IMG/VR virus record: IMGVR_UViG_3300017725_000001
Span: 32,001 to 96,000 of that record
Reading direction: 5' to 3' (one strand)
DNA: 64,000 nucleotides
Source of the DNA: a virus
The notes under the pieces are model-generated. The model saw nothing but the letters and a program-made list of their open reading frames with translations, was not told the origin of the DNA and searched no databases. A program made the position numbers and the translations under genes. Of this stretch, positions 8,653 to 18,073 are shown piece by piece (the stretch's first letter is position 1; every line of letters starts with the position of its first letter).

Positions 8653-10059
8653 CTAATTATTACTTCTTTTCAGCATACTTCGAAGTTTGTCGTGTCCAGA
8701 TAATGTGTTCTCTACTACACTATTTTCAGCTATACTCTTCTCTTGATGGGTTACTTTGTTCTGTGCTTTAATTTTTTCAAACATAGCACTAGGTTGATTA
8801 GCTACAGATCCTTGCTCTTCTTCTGCTAAATCGCTAATACGAAGCCCAGATACGTCAAATGCTAGGTCTACTTTTTGCCCCACTCCACTACTACTTCTAG
8901 TCTTCATAAACTGTATTTGATATCTGCCTCTTTCACGCATTGCTTGGCTACTAAAAATACCAATAACGTTATCTGCTGTCTGAATTTTACTTAAACCACC
9001 AGCAATATGAGAGTGATCAAATTCTACTTCTTCTACTGCACTTCTGTTTAACTGAGATGCTGTCGCTAGTAATATATCATTTTCTACTGCAAAATTACGC
9101 AATTCTTCTGATACAAACTTGTCTTTAATAAACAGATCACTTGGACTTACTTTGCTCTGTGCTGGCATCATTAAGTCTAAGTAATCAACACATACTCCAT
9201 CAATTTTTATATTGTTTTTTACTTCATACTCTTTAATAAAACTTGTAATAGTGTTAACTGTAATACCATTAGGTAATTGTACAATTTGCAATTTACCCGC
9301 ATCTTTACCTTGCATACGAACTTTTAAATCTACATCATCTGCATTTTTAAATACTTCTCTGGTATTCATTCCTGTTAGCATACTATCTAATCGCATACTA
9401 CATAGTTCTTCACTTAATTCTAAACTAATATAAATTACATTTTGCCCTGCTAGTGCCCAGTTCAATGCCAAATTCTGTAAGAACAAACTTTTACCACCAC
9501 CTGACGGTGCGGCAAATATATTTAATTCTCCTCTGTTAAATCCACCATATAGTTTTTTATCTACTTCAGCCCAACCTGTGCTAATACCACCTCTTTGATT
9601 TCTTATACGTTCAATACGTTCAGCTGGACTTTTCCAATAATCTGTACCCATATGTTTTGCTAAACCTAATTGTACTGCTTCTTTTACCATTCTTTCTACA
9701 GGACCATATTCGCCCTTTTCTAAAAGATCAGCACTTTTTAAAATTGCACTTTCTAATGCTTTATGTCTACAAAATATTTCAAACTCATCTATAAACCATT
9801 TCTTATGTCTATCATCAACATCTTTTAATGGCTGTAGTTCTAAATTTGAGATTGCTTTAATTTGATCTAGTGTAGGCAATGCTTGATATTCTGTTGCATG
9901 ACTTTGTACAAATTCGACGGTTTTACGTAGCTCTCTGTCAAAGAATTCAGGATTTAATATTGCATTTACTCTAACAAATAAATCTTGATCTTGTGACAAG
10001 AATTCTACAAACAATCTTTGTAGATCTACTGAATATTCTTTACCTTCGTTCATTTGCAA
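8653..10059 (-). CDS. Replicative DnaB-type helicase (T4 gp41-like)
   Basis: Walker A APSGGGKS, LELSEE, VDYLDL, TASQLNR and KIQTAD. Confidence 0.93.
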   Translation of the reverse strand: MQMNEGKEYSVDLQRLFVEFLSQDQDLFVRVNAILNPEFFDRELRKTVEFVQSHATEYQALPTLDQIKAISNLELQPLKDVDDRHKKWFIDEFEIFCRHKALESAILKSADLLEKGEYGPVERMVKEAVQLGLAKHMGTDYWKSPAERIERIRNQRGGISTGWAEVDKKLYGGFNRGELNIFAAPSGGGKSLFLQNLALNWALAGQNVIYISLELSEELCSMRLDSMLTGMNTREVFKNADDVDLKVRMQGKDAGKLQIVQLPNGITVNTITSFIKEYEVKNNIKIDGVCVDYLDLMMPAQSKVSPSDLFIKDKFVSEELRNFAVENDILLATASQLNRSAVEEVEFDHSHIAGGLSKIQTADNVIGIFSSQAMRERGRYQIQFMKTRSSSGVGQKVDLAFDVSGLRISDLAEEEQGSVANQPSAMFEKIKAQNKVTHQEKSIAENSVVENTLSGHDKLRSMLKRSNN

Positions 10060-11060
10060 ACCTTCCTCATTAATAGTTCAATTTTTGTTGGATTTTTGTG
10101 CCTACTATTTATAATACTTCTTATTGTATACAATCTTCCGTATTTTGTCAAGGCATCACTTGCATCTTTACAATCTTTCCATTCTGGAAAGGATACACTG
10201 AAACCATGTTTTATAGCAGACTTACACATCATTTTACCAGGTTCATCTAAATCTGGTAATACTATAATTTCTTTATCAAGGCTTTTTAATATCTCAGCCT
10301 GTTCTTCGTTTATATTATTTCTACCTGTAGCACAACCATCTGTTACTATAGCATCAAGTTGACCTTCTGTAACTATAACCATTTCTCTATTTCTTGTTTG
10401 CCTATCAAGCCCATATACAAAATCTGCTTTAGGTTGTTGATTATAATATTTTGCTACTTCCTTAGGTGGAGTTCCTATCCATCTAGCAGTATAGCCTACT
10501 ATATCATTCTTATACGTAAATGGTATAATAAATCTTCTGTTCATTCTACCAAATTGTTTACTAGGGCTATACATAAGTCTAGAGTCAGTTACATCAAATC
10601 CTCTACTAGTTAAATATGATACTGCATCAATCCAATTTTGATCAGGATCTTTAAATTCCATAAACGGCTTTGCACCCTCTGGTAAATCTTTTTTATCCCA
10701 ACCAATATTTAATTGCTTTGGTTTTTCTTTTTTAATTAATAACGTAGCAACATCTTGCTCACGTAATAACTCTAGTTGAATACGATGTATATCGTTTTCA
10801 TCTGCACCTAATATAGTTAATAATTTTTTTAATTTGTTTGTTATTCTATTATGTTGTGTATACCCTGTTTTATAATTGCAATTAAAACAATTATATTGAA
10901 AATGATCTTCTTCAAAATAAAAACCACCTCTGCCTTTTGTATCTGGCCTGCTTTCACCGTTTCTTACACACATAGGACAATTACCAGAAACCCACCCATT
11001 GGGGTTACTTCGCCAGTTAGTAGGTATCAGAGTTCGAACGTAGTCATTCATTAAAGTCAT
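10050..11060 (-). CDS. DNA primase (T4 gp61-like)
   Basis: Zn-binding CPMC...CFNC; TOPRIM motifs VTEGQLDA and PDLDEPG; CKDASD. Confidence 0.9.
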   Translation of the reverse strand: MTLMNDYVRTLIPTNWRSNPNGWVSGNCPMCVRNGESRPDTKGRGGFYFEEDHFQYNCFNCNYKTGYTQHNRITNKLKKLLTILGADENDIHRIQLELLREQDVATLLIKKEKPKQLNIGWDKKDLPEGAKPFMEFKDPDQNWIDAVSYLTSRGFDVTDSRLMYSPSKQFGRMNRRFIIPFTYKNDIVGYTARWIGTPPKEVAKYYNQQPKADFVYGLDRQTRNREMVIVTEGQLDAIVTDGCATGRNNINEEQAEILKSLDKEIIVLPDLDEPGKMMCKSAIKHGFSVSFPEWKDCKDASDALTKYGRLYTIRSIINSRHKNPTKIELLMRKVCK

Positions 11061-11066
11061 AAGTGT

Positions 11067-11095
11067 ATATTACACTCTAATTACGACTTTGTCAA
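11067..11095 (-). promoter_or_regulatory. Sigma70-type promoter, leaderless geometry
   Basis: TTGACA-17 nt-TAATAT-6 nt-ATG of the primase gene. Confidence 0.75.
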
Positions 11096-11903
11096 GTGTT
11101 CCTGCTGATTGAGTAAATTTTGCTCTTAGATATTTAACGTTTGTTCGAAAAGTCCAAGGATCTATACCTGTATGGTTTAAATATGGAAAATATGTTTGAG
11201 TATTTGTACCAAGTGTGATATCAAACCAATCTGGTTCTGTAGGGTTATCACTTAAAGTACCTTGCATATAAAAATTACCAGTATAACCTGTACCATATAC
11301 TCCTATTGTTACTAATCCATTTGGTTTATCATAATAACCTGTTGCTTTTAATGAACTACTGTAATAGAATGTTTGATTGTTTACTGTTTGTTGTTGAAAG
11401 TTCTCATCTGCTTGTGTAGTAAGTGGTAATGCGTCACCTTCTTCACTTACATCTACAGTAAAGTTAGGTCTCATATTTAAATCACAAAATAATGGAACTG
11501 TTAGTCCTGTATCCGTAGTATAACTAAACACTAAATCATAATGTCCTTGTGAAAATCTTCCACTTTCACCTACTGTTATTATTACTTTAATACCACCTTG
11601 TATATAATCTGTGATAATTGCTTTCTTACTTATTGTAGTTGACCTATCGTCTCTATCAATAAAAGAACAATATACTGTTGTACCTTGTAACATTACTGGT
11701 TTTCTATCTTGATTTTTAATAAAAAAGAAAAACTCATTATCAAATCCACGAAACAGTTTTAAGAATCTATAATTCATAGGACTATTAACTGCGGTACCTT
11801 TTGCACCTGCGTATTTTGCTTGTCCTGCTGGTGTTCCGTGATCTTCTAATGTATAAAGATCGCCTTCTTGATTAACTTGGTATGTAGTTCCGTAATTTGA
11901 CAT
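11070..11903 (-). CDS. Virion structural protein (BppU-N-like baseplate/adaptor candidate)
   Basis: Beta-rich; F-F-IKNQDRKPV-L Ig-like pattern; late promoter. Confidence 0.5.
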   Translation of the reverse strand: MSNYGTTYQVNQEGDLYTLEDHGTPAGQAKYAGAKGTAVNSPMNYRFLKLFRGFDNEFFFFIKNQDRKPVMLQGTTVYCSFIDRDDRSTTISKKAIITDYIQGGIKVIITVGESGRFSQGHYDLVFSYTTDTGLTVPLFCDLNMRPNFTVDVSEEGDALPLTTQADENFQQQTVNNQTFYYSSSLKATGYYDKPNGLVTIGVYGTGYTGNFYMQGTLSDNPTEPDWFDITLGTNTQTYFPYLNHTGIDPWTFRTNVKYLRAKFTQSAGTLDKVVIRV

Positions 11904-11964
11904 ATATTGCTCCTATGTAGTATTTATCCAAAGTGGAGATTTCAAAAGGCTAAATACCTATAGA

Positions 11965-12336
11965 ATGCAAACCAAACATCAGAAACTCTTAGAGCAATAT
12001 CCATTCTTAACCGTCATTGAGTATGCCAACAACGAATACCTGGGTATAATGCAGAATATAGATAGTCACGTGGCTAGTATGTACATCTACGATCGTCTTA
12101 GCGAAGAGTATGAAAAAATGAAATTTTTAGAATTAGGTGAAGAATGGTGGTGGGAAACTAATAGAAAACTTCCAATAAACATTGCATTACTTAATAGATG
12201 GAACTTTGCCCATTGTGTACAAAGTTTTAATGTTAAACAAATGGAAGTAATTGCTGGGCCCGAAGTTAGATTAAGTAATAGTATTACTAAACGTATAAAA
12301 CGTAGAAGTATTAATCTTGTAAAGAAAGGCCCGTAG
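11965..12336 (+). CDS. Hypothetical protein, lone plus-strand gene
   Basis: 123 aa (YPFLT...ELGEEWWWETNRKLPINI) with TAAATAC upstream. Confidence 0.75.
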   Translation: MQTKHQKLLEQYPFLTVIEYANNEYLGIMQNIDSHVASMYIYDRLSEEYEKMKFLELGEEWWWETNRKLPINIALLNRWNFAHCVQSFNVKQMEVIAGPEVRLSNSITKRIKRRSINLVKKGP

Positions 12337-12895
12337 CCATCATATTTAATTGTAAGACAATAGCTAATGCATATGCATGAGCATGAGCTTTTTTAAAAAA
12401 GTATTCATCGCCTGATGGCTTTTTCCAAACATTTTCATTTATATTATTCCAATTTTGTTTTAACAAATGACGTTTAGCAGGTCTTATTACTGCTAGTACT
12501 GCCGCTAATTGTTCAACACTTTTAGGTTTTAAAGTGTTAACTATATCAAAATGTTTATGTATATGAAAGCATTTTTCTACTACCTCTTTATGCTCTAACA
12601 ACTCCCACATTGGCTCCATTGCTAACAGTTGATTAAGATGTTCTTTTGATTTTATATCTTTATACAAGCCAACATTAAGTACATCAATTTTAAAGTAACC
12701 CATATCTTCTGCTTCTTTGTAGTCTACACTAGATAGTCCTGTAAATGGATTACTAGGCATATCATGAAAGTATACGCCTGTATTATGTTTTGTTTGTTTG
12801 TTTTCTTTTAATATCATAGCAGTAGTACCTTTAATTAATTTTAAAAGTCTGTTTCTATCTGCTACATCAATATCAATATCTGTATTAACTATCAT
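12311..12895 (-). CDS. Stand-alone DNA polymerase III alpha (DnaE)-like catalytic core
   Basis: DIDID, KHNTGVY, GYFKIDVL, LAVIRP and FKKAHAHAYA match DnaE palm/fingers motifs; only 194 aa. Confidence 0.85.
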   Translation of the reverse strand: MIVNTDIDIDVADRNRLLKLIKGTTAMILKENKQTKHNTGVYFHDMPSNPFTGLSSVDYKEAEDMGYFKIDVLNVGLYKDIKSKEHLNQLLAMEPMWELLEHKEVVEKCFHIHKHFDIVNTLKPKSVEQLAAVLAVIRPAKRHLLKQNWNNINENVWKKPSGDEYFFKKAHAHAYALAIVLQLNMMATGLSLQD

Positions 12896-12977
12896 TTGGA
12901 TCCTCTTTATTCATTTTGTATAACAAGTATACAGGAATTATAAAACAACACAATATACAAAGTATTGGTATTATCAT
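12885..12977 (-). CDS. 30-aa membrane micro-protein (not in the ORF track)
   Basis: MIIPILCILCCFIIPVYLLYKMNKEDPNDS; ATGA overlap with the upstream stop; fills the gap exactly. Confidence 0.6.
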   Translation of the reverse strand: MIIPILCILCCFIIPVYLLYKMNKEDPNDS

Positions 12978-13645
12978 AATTCTGCTTTTTGCAATATCTC
13001 CGTAACCCATCTACTATCTTGTGGGTTTACACTCATGGCTCTTTGCCAATAGTCTATTTCTAAAAATTCATTAACCATTTTTAATTGTTCTGTACTAAAA
13101 TTATCAATCATAACTTGTGCTTCGCTACTATGAAACAATACCCAAGGAGATATCTTTCCACTACAAATATGAAATACGGCTAAATTTGTAGATATTTTTG
13201 TAAAATATTTGTTATAGGTTGTATCGTTTTCTTTTGCCCATTCTTGTAAAAATAATATAGTACGTTCTACACCTCTATCTACACTTTCTGTTTTTAAACG
13301 TTCTTTCATCCACTTCTTAAATTGTGAATCTCTATTCCAATGATCTAGCCTTACTGAATTCCTAACTAGCCATTCTGTAAATGCTGGAACATCATCTATT
13401 CCAATATCTCTACAATAATAACCAAATTTTACAAATGCAGTATAATATGGACTTGTTGCAAATTCATCATATGTCTTTTCATTTTTAGAATTAGTACCTA
13501 TTCTATAAAATAATTGATAAGACCTAAATCCTAATTGTACGTGCTTTTCATCTTTTTGCATGAACCTACGTTTTTGTTCACACATATGTACTGATAGTGT
13601 GCTTTCTTTTGCAAATGATTTTCCACAATAGTTACACTTAAACAT
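12974..13645 (-). CDS. Zinc-finger (C2H2/C2HC-type) protein
   Basis: FKCNYCGKSFAKESTLSVHMC at the N-terminus. Confidence 0.75.
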   Translation of the reverse strand: MFKCNYCGKSFAKESTLSVHMCEQKRRFMQKDEKHVQLGFRSYQLFYRIGTNSKNEKTYDEFATSPYYTAFVKFGYYCRDIGIDDVPAFTEWLVRNSVRLDHWNRDSQFKKWMKERLKTESVDRGVERTILFLQEWAKENDTTYNKYFTKISTNLAVFHICSGKISPWVLFHSSEAQVMIDNFSTEQLKMVNEFLEIDYWQRAMSVNPQDSRWVTEILQKAEL

Positions 13646-13971
13646 TAATGATTCCTTTTGCCATCAAATACACAAACAAAATATAAACCTTGTGGTCCAC
13701 ATTTGACTCTATGATGCACTCCATCTTCAATTAACACAACATCACCAGCTTGTACAAACATCTCTTTATCATCTAGCCACATAGTACCAGCTCCTTTAAC
13801 AAAGTAATATACTTCTTCTTGTCCACTATGGTTATGCCCACGTGTTGACTTATATGGGTGTAATTCTGTACTGCTTAATACTAGGTTGTTTAATAACTTG
13901 TTATCTTTTAATATGTAAGTTTCGTTATCTTTAATAACTTCTCCACCAATATCCATTATATTGTATTTCAT
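13645..13971 (-). CDS. Cupin-domain protein
   Basis: HNHSGQEEVYY...GDVVLIEDGVHHRV. Confidence 0.88.
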   Translation of the reverse strand: MKYNIMDIGGEVIKDNETYILKDNKLLNNLVLSSTELHPYKSTRGHNHSGQEEVYYFVKGAGTMWLDDKEMFVQAGDVVLIEDGVHHRVKCGPQGLYFVCVFDGKRNH

Positions 13972-14426
13972 TTTAATAACTCTTTTATTTCTTTTTTAGT
14001 CATTCCGTATTCCTCAAATAACTCAATAAAGTCTTCTTTAGTTTTATTGCTTATAAAAATATCAACTTCGTCATCATTTAATTGACTGTAGTTTTTAACT
14101 ACCCACTCTTGTATCTTATTTTTCTTACCTCGTTTACCCGGTGCTATCCAAGGATGAAATGTAGGTTTGCCAAGTCCTACTAATTGTAATAGTTTAAACT
14201 GTAATTCAGGATGTTGTCGTAATTTATTAAAATGAACATTGACTACTTCATTAGTCCATTCTAAGTAATGCTCTGTAAAGTTTTTATCACCTGCACTACT
14301 TGTATATCTCATTAACGGCCAAAGACTTAATTTACCTTTTTCTTCATCTGTAAGACTATTGTACCATTTTCTATCTTTGGTATCAATTGCTCTCATTTCA
14401 CTCTTAATATCTAGCTTACTCATCAT
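13968..14426 (-). CDS. Clamp-loader small subunit (T4 gp62-like)
   Basis: Size and the LMRY-S...HPELQF-LL...HPWI pattern; replication context. Confidence 0.6.
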   Translation of the reverse strand: MMSKLDIKSEMRAIDTKDRKWYNSLTDEEKGKLSLWPLMRYTSSAGDKNFTEHYLEWTNEVVNVHFNKLRQHPELQFKLLQLVGLGKPTFHPWIAPGKRGKKNKIQEWVVKNYSQLNDDEVDIFISNKTKEDFIELFEEYGMTKKEIKELLK

Positions 14427-14619
14427 TTGCCTTTATGTCTTGTGCTATCATATCGTATATGCTACTGTAACACCATTCACAAAATGTAACTGGTAATATA
14501 CCAAAGTGTCCTTGTATTCCACCTGCATCTTCATTGTACTTACTATCACATATGCTACAAGTATCTTTTGGTTTAAATGGATCTTCTTGTTGTTTCTTCA
14601 TAATACTACCAAAGTTCAC
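14416..14619 (-). CDS. Small Zn-ribbon protein
   Basis: CSIC...CEWC. Confidence 0.7.
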   Translation of the reverse strand: MNFGSIMKKQQEDPFKPKDTCSICDSKYNEDAGGIQGHFGILPVTFCEWCYSSIYDMIAQDIKANDE

Positions 14620-15106
14620 TTATGTCAAGTACCTCCGGTAGTTTATTTGCTTCTTTAACAAATAATACACATGGTGCATTTGGTTTATCACTTAATGGAA
14701 CATTTAGTAAATGTCCAAATTTTAATTTAGGTGCATACCATTTTACGTCAGTATAAATATTGGTAATTTGAATATCCATAAACTTGGGTGTATATCCTGT
14801 AATAGGATTAAATGCAAATACACTAAATCCTCTATCGTTTAAGCTCATTAAACTTACTACTTCTGGATCTCCAACACTTGGATCGCATATTACTACACTC
14901 CAGTCTAATGGCATAGTAATTTGGTATTCACCAATTTTAAGTACTGCCGCTGGTGCATAAAAACTTTCTAAGAATACAAGTGGTATAAAATAATAATCTA
15001 TATGACTAGGATTACTATAATCTAAAATACTGTATCTTAAATCTTCTATTGTATCTGGTATGTCGTCAAGTTCATACGTATTGTTGTCTACTGTTAATAT
15101 TTTCAT
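14606..15106 (-). CDS. Hypothetical protein, possible degenerate Hint-fold
   Basis: 166-aa beta-rich ORF immediately downstream of uvsW (see findings). Confidence 0.55.
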   Translation of the reverse strand: MKILTVDNNTYELDDIPDTIEDLRYSILDYSNPSHIDYYFIPLVFLESFYAPAAVLKIGEYQITMPLDWSVVICDPSVGDPEVVSLMSLNDRGFSVFAFNPITGYTPKFMDIQITNIYTDVKWYAPKLKFGHLLNVPLSDKPNAPCVLFVKEANKLPEVLDISELW

Positions 15107-15115
15107 TTTTATTCC

Positions 15116-16567
15116 TTAAAGCCAATTTACTTTTTCAATAGTAAATGGATAATTTGCTTCTTTGTAAAATTTCTTACGTTCTGTAAGATGTCTTTTACTA
15201 AATTTAGCTGAACTTGTAATATCCCATATCTGCACATTATCTTTGTCTTCTGCTTTTCTAATACCACGTCCAATACTTTGTATTACTCTAACAAAGCTCT
15301 TTCCTGGTTCTATTAAAACAAGATTAAATATACGTGGAATATTAATACCTACTGCCGCAACACCATATGTTGCTACAACAATTTGATTAGTTCCCTCATT
15401 AATGTCGTCATAATGATCTTTACGTGTAGTAGTTTTCATCTCACCACTAACAAAGTTAGCTTCAGCTATATTATCGCATATTAGCTGACCTGCTTTGATT
15501 CTATCTACTAATACAAGAGTATTACCAGAAGCAGATACTTTTTTAATTAAACCACTTATATACTTCATACGTGAAGCATTAGTAGTTAGGTAAGTTAGTT
15601 CGCTTTGATAATTGTTGTATTCTGATACTTCTTTTAATTGCACTACATTAACATGACATTGACTTAGAACTTCTTTTTCTTGTAGTTCACTTGCCGCCAG
15701 TTTGTGTGTAACTTCTCCTAAACAAGCCTGTAAACTAACCTTCTCATGATCAGCTTTTGGTATAGTGCCTGTTAAACCCCATCTTAGTGGAATGTTTGAA
15801 AAATCTTTTGTTAGTAATTCTTTTAATACTTCTGCTTTTGCTTGATGTACTTCGTCAACTATTACACATACTACATCTTCTGCAAAATCTACTAAACTTA
15901 AATCTGATTCTCCTTCTTTAAATCTTTTTCTTATACTGTTTAAACTCTGCCAAGTACAAATAGTATGGGTGTGTCCTAATTCTTTTTTGTCGCCATAATA
16001 AACGCCAACATCTAATCCTAAATTTGCATAATCAGCATATGTTTGTGTAACTAAATCTTTATTAGGTACAATAACAATGCTCCTTCCATACTTTTCTACT
16101 TTGTTGCTTAATGCCGCGGTTATTAACGTCTTACCGGCACCTGTAGCTATCTCCTGTAGACAATGTGGTGTTGCTAGATACTTGTTAATAATTTCTACTT
16201 GATAGTCTCTTAAAATTACAGGCTCGCCTGCAACAACATGACCTTCTGGCCACACTTTGTTTTCAAATGTGTTTTCATCTACAGGATCAAATTGAAAGTC
16301 ATATTTAAAACGTAAGTCATTTAGATCTATTTCATAACCCTGTCCCATAATAATAGGCAATACTTTATCTAATAGGTTAGTATACGTAATTCCACCTATA
16401 GTGAAATAAGACGTACATCCATCCCATCTACCTAGCTTAAAAGCTGGTACGTGATATGCATAAGGAAGAAAAAACTTTAATTCTTTTTCACACTTTCTAC
16501 GTGTGTCTATATCTAAGCCTTCTACTTTGCAATTCACTTCATCTTTCAGAGTTATCTTACATTTCAT
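15116..16567 (-). CDS. uvsW: SF2 DNA helicase UvsW
   Basis: LRDYQ, ATGAGKT, DEVH, GLTGT and QSIGRGIR. Confidence 0.9.
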   Translation of the reverse strand: MKCKITLKDEVNCKVEGLDIDTRRKCEKELKFFLPYAYHVPAFKLGRWDGCTSYFTIGGITYTNLLDKVLPIIMGQGYEIDLNDLRFKYDFQFDPVDENTFENKVWPEGHVVAGEPVILRDYQVEIINKYLATPHCLQEIATGAGKTLITAALSNKVEKYGRSIVIVPNKDLVTQTYADYANLGLDVGVYYGDKKELGHTHTICTWQSLNSIRKRFKEGESDLSLVDFAEDVVCVIVDEVHQAKAEVLKELLTKDFSNIPLRWGLTGTIPKADHEKVSLQACLGEVTHKLAASELQEKEVLSQCHVNVVQLKEVSEYNNYQSELTYLTTNASRMKYISGLIKKVSASGNTLVLVDRIKAGQLICDNIAEANFVSGEMKTTTRKDHYDDINEGTNQIVVATYGVAAVGINIPRIFNLVLIEPGKSFVRVIQSIGRGIRKAEDKDNVQIWDITSSAKFSKRHLTERKKFYKEANYPFTIEKVNWL

Positions 16568-16573
16568 ATTTAT

Positions 16574-16602
16574 ATATTACAGTACTTATGTTGAATTGTC
16601 AA
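16574..16602 (-). promoter_or_regulatory. Sigma70-type promoter, leaderless geometry
   Basis: TTGACA-17 nt-TAATAT-6 nt-ATG of uvsW. Confidence 0.75.
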
Positions 16603-16629
16603 TGAATTTGAGAAAAAACATTGAAAAGC

Positions 16630-16654
16630 GAAGAGGGGAATTTCACCCCTCTTC
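16630..16654 (-). terminator. Probable intrinsic terminator hairpin
   Basis: GAAGAGGGG / CCCCTCTTC inverted repeat after the ATPase gene. Confidence 0.65.
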
Positions 16655-16672
16655 TATAGTTAGAAAACTGTT

Positions 16673-17536
16673 TTAAGAAACAGTTCGCCTCATACAAGTA
16701 ACTTCAGCGGTTCTTTTCCACTTGTCACCCATAGACTTTTTAAGATCTGCAAGTTTGGTAACCATTCTCAAACTTATTTCTCTCATCTTATCTTTGTTAT
16801 CGATCATGAAATTCATTACATCATCTTTTTCAGCTTCGCTGAACATATACTCGTTAAGCATACCGTCTTTAACTATTTGCTTACATCTAAGAACTTTCTC
16901 CCTAGTTGTATCCATAGTAAGATCTAAGTAATGACATCTTGACATTATAGCATCAAGGTGATCTTTAATTTTACCTCTTACATTATCAAACTTAAGGTTA
17001 GTGATGAATATAACTGAACCATTAAATTCAAATGTATCAGGTATACCTTCACGTCTTAATAGAGCTGAATCTGTATTCCAACATAGCTTTCTTTTCTTAC
17101 TAGAATCCAAAGCCGCTTTCAACAAGTTCAAACTAGTTTCATCATATAGTACTGTATCACAGTCATCAAGTACTAATACGTTTGATTTGTCTGCATTATT
17201 GTAAAGAACTTTGTACAAACCTATTGCACTTGAAGCACCCTTTACAGTTTCAAATTTTGCTTTATTACCACCTAGTACATCAAACAATGAATTCTTTTCT
17301 AGAACTTGTTCAACACCAAATGATTTACCTACGCCTGGAGGGCCTGTTACTACCATACCTCTAACAACACCATCTATTGAAGCTTGTGTCATATCATCAA
17401 GTATAGAGAACCTTTCTCTCATACGTTCTATGATTTGCTCATCAGTCTCGTTAGGATTGTCTTTTACTTTAGTAGGAAGAACTTCAACGATTGTCTCGCC
17501 TTTTTTGTTTTTTCTTTGTCTTTTTAATTGTGCCAT
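16673..17536 (-). CDS. AAA+-type ATPase
   Basis: Walker A GPPGVGKS, Walker B VLVLDDCD, FITN sensor and SRC arginine finger. Confidence 0.85.
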   Translation of the reverse strand: MAQLKRQRKNKKGETIVEVLPTKVKDNPNETDEQIIERMRERFSILDDMTQASIDGVVRGMVVTGPPGVGKSFGVEQVLEKNSLFDVLGGNKAKFETVKGASSAIGLYKVLYNNADKSNVLVLDDCDTVLYDETSLNLLKAALDSSKKRKLCWNTDSALLRREGIPDTFEFNGSVIFITNLKFDNVRGKIKDHLDAIMSRCHYLDLTMDTTREKVLRCKQIVKDGMLNEYMFSEAEKDDVMNFMIDNKDKMREISLRMVTKLADLKKSMGDKWKRTAEVTCMRRTVS

Positions 17537-17558
17537 TTACGACTCCTATTTCTTAATG

Positions 17559-17672
17559 TTTATTTCTAACTATACATATATAATAAGATATCTTGGTAGA
17601 AAAGTCAACCTTTTTATGCACTTTTTTTTAATTTTTTTTGGAGTGTAAACCCTTGATTTTATTGGGTTTTTT
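17559..17672 (-). promoter_or_regulatory. Sigma70-type early promoter with palindromic operator-like site
   Basis: TTGACT(17603-08)-17 nt-TATTAT; AAGATATCTT in the spacer; elements shared with 38460-38552. Confidence 0.7.
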
Positions 17673-17682
17673 GTTTTTCATA

Positions 17683-17714
17683 GAAAAAGGCCCAAAAAAA
17701 ATGGGCCTTTTTTC
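17683..17714 (-). terminator. Intrinsic terminator
   Basis: AAAAAGGCCCA / TGGGCCTTTTT hairpin with T-tracts on both strands. Confidence 0.8.
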
Positions 17715-17728
17715 TGTTAGTAACTTAA

Positions 17729-17989
17729 TTATGCTACTACTCTTCTTCTTGGAATTGAATATTCCATCTCAGGTCTGCCTACTGCGCCTGAATCAACTGC
17801 TTTAGCTTTTACGTTAAAGCCAGCTTCTTTTAGCTCAAGTAACCTTGCCGCTGGAGAAGCAATATCTAAGTCATTTCTTAGATCGTTCATTGTGAACGTA
17901 CTTCCTGTACCCCAGAAATTAGCTAGGATTCTTTGATTTTGTGTACCTTCTGAAAAGAAAGTAGCACCTTTTGCATTTGATCTTGCCAT
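17729..17989 (-). CDS. Small winged-HTH DNA-binding protein
   Basis: TQNQRIL...FTMNDLR..L-IASPAARLLELKEAGF-V...GRPEMEYSI; strong GGGAG RBS; own promoter and terminator. Confidence 0.75.
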   Translation of the reverse strand: MARSNAKGATFFSEGTQNQRILANFWGTGSTFTMNDLRNDLDIASPAARLLELKEAGFNVKAKAVDSGAVGRPEMEYSIPRRRVVA

Positions 17990-18044
17990 TTTATTTCTCC
18001 CTTGTTTTTATTAAATTAATTTAATAAATTAAATTAACTATTAC

Positions 18045-18073
18045 TATATAATAAAATGCGAAATATGTCAAGC
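18045..18073 (-). promoter_or_regulatory. Sigma70-type promoter of the HTH gene (coordinates approximate)
   Basis: TTGACA-17 nt-TATAGT. Confidence 0.65.

Noticed and set aside
12311-12895. dnaE pseudogene
   Set aside because: Intact start and stop, catalytic motifs retained, and no adjacent decayed dnaE fragments.
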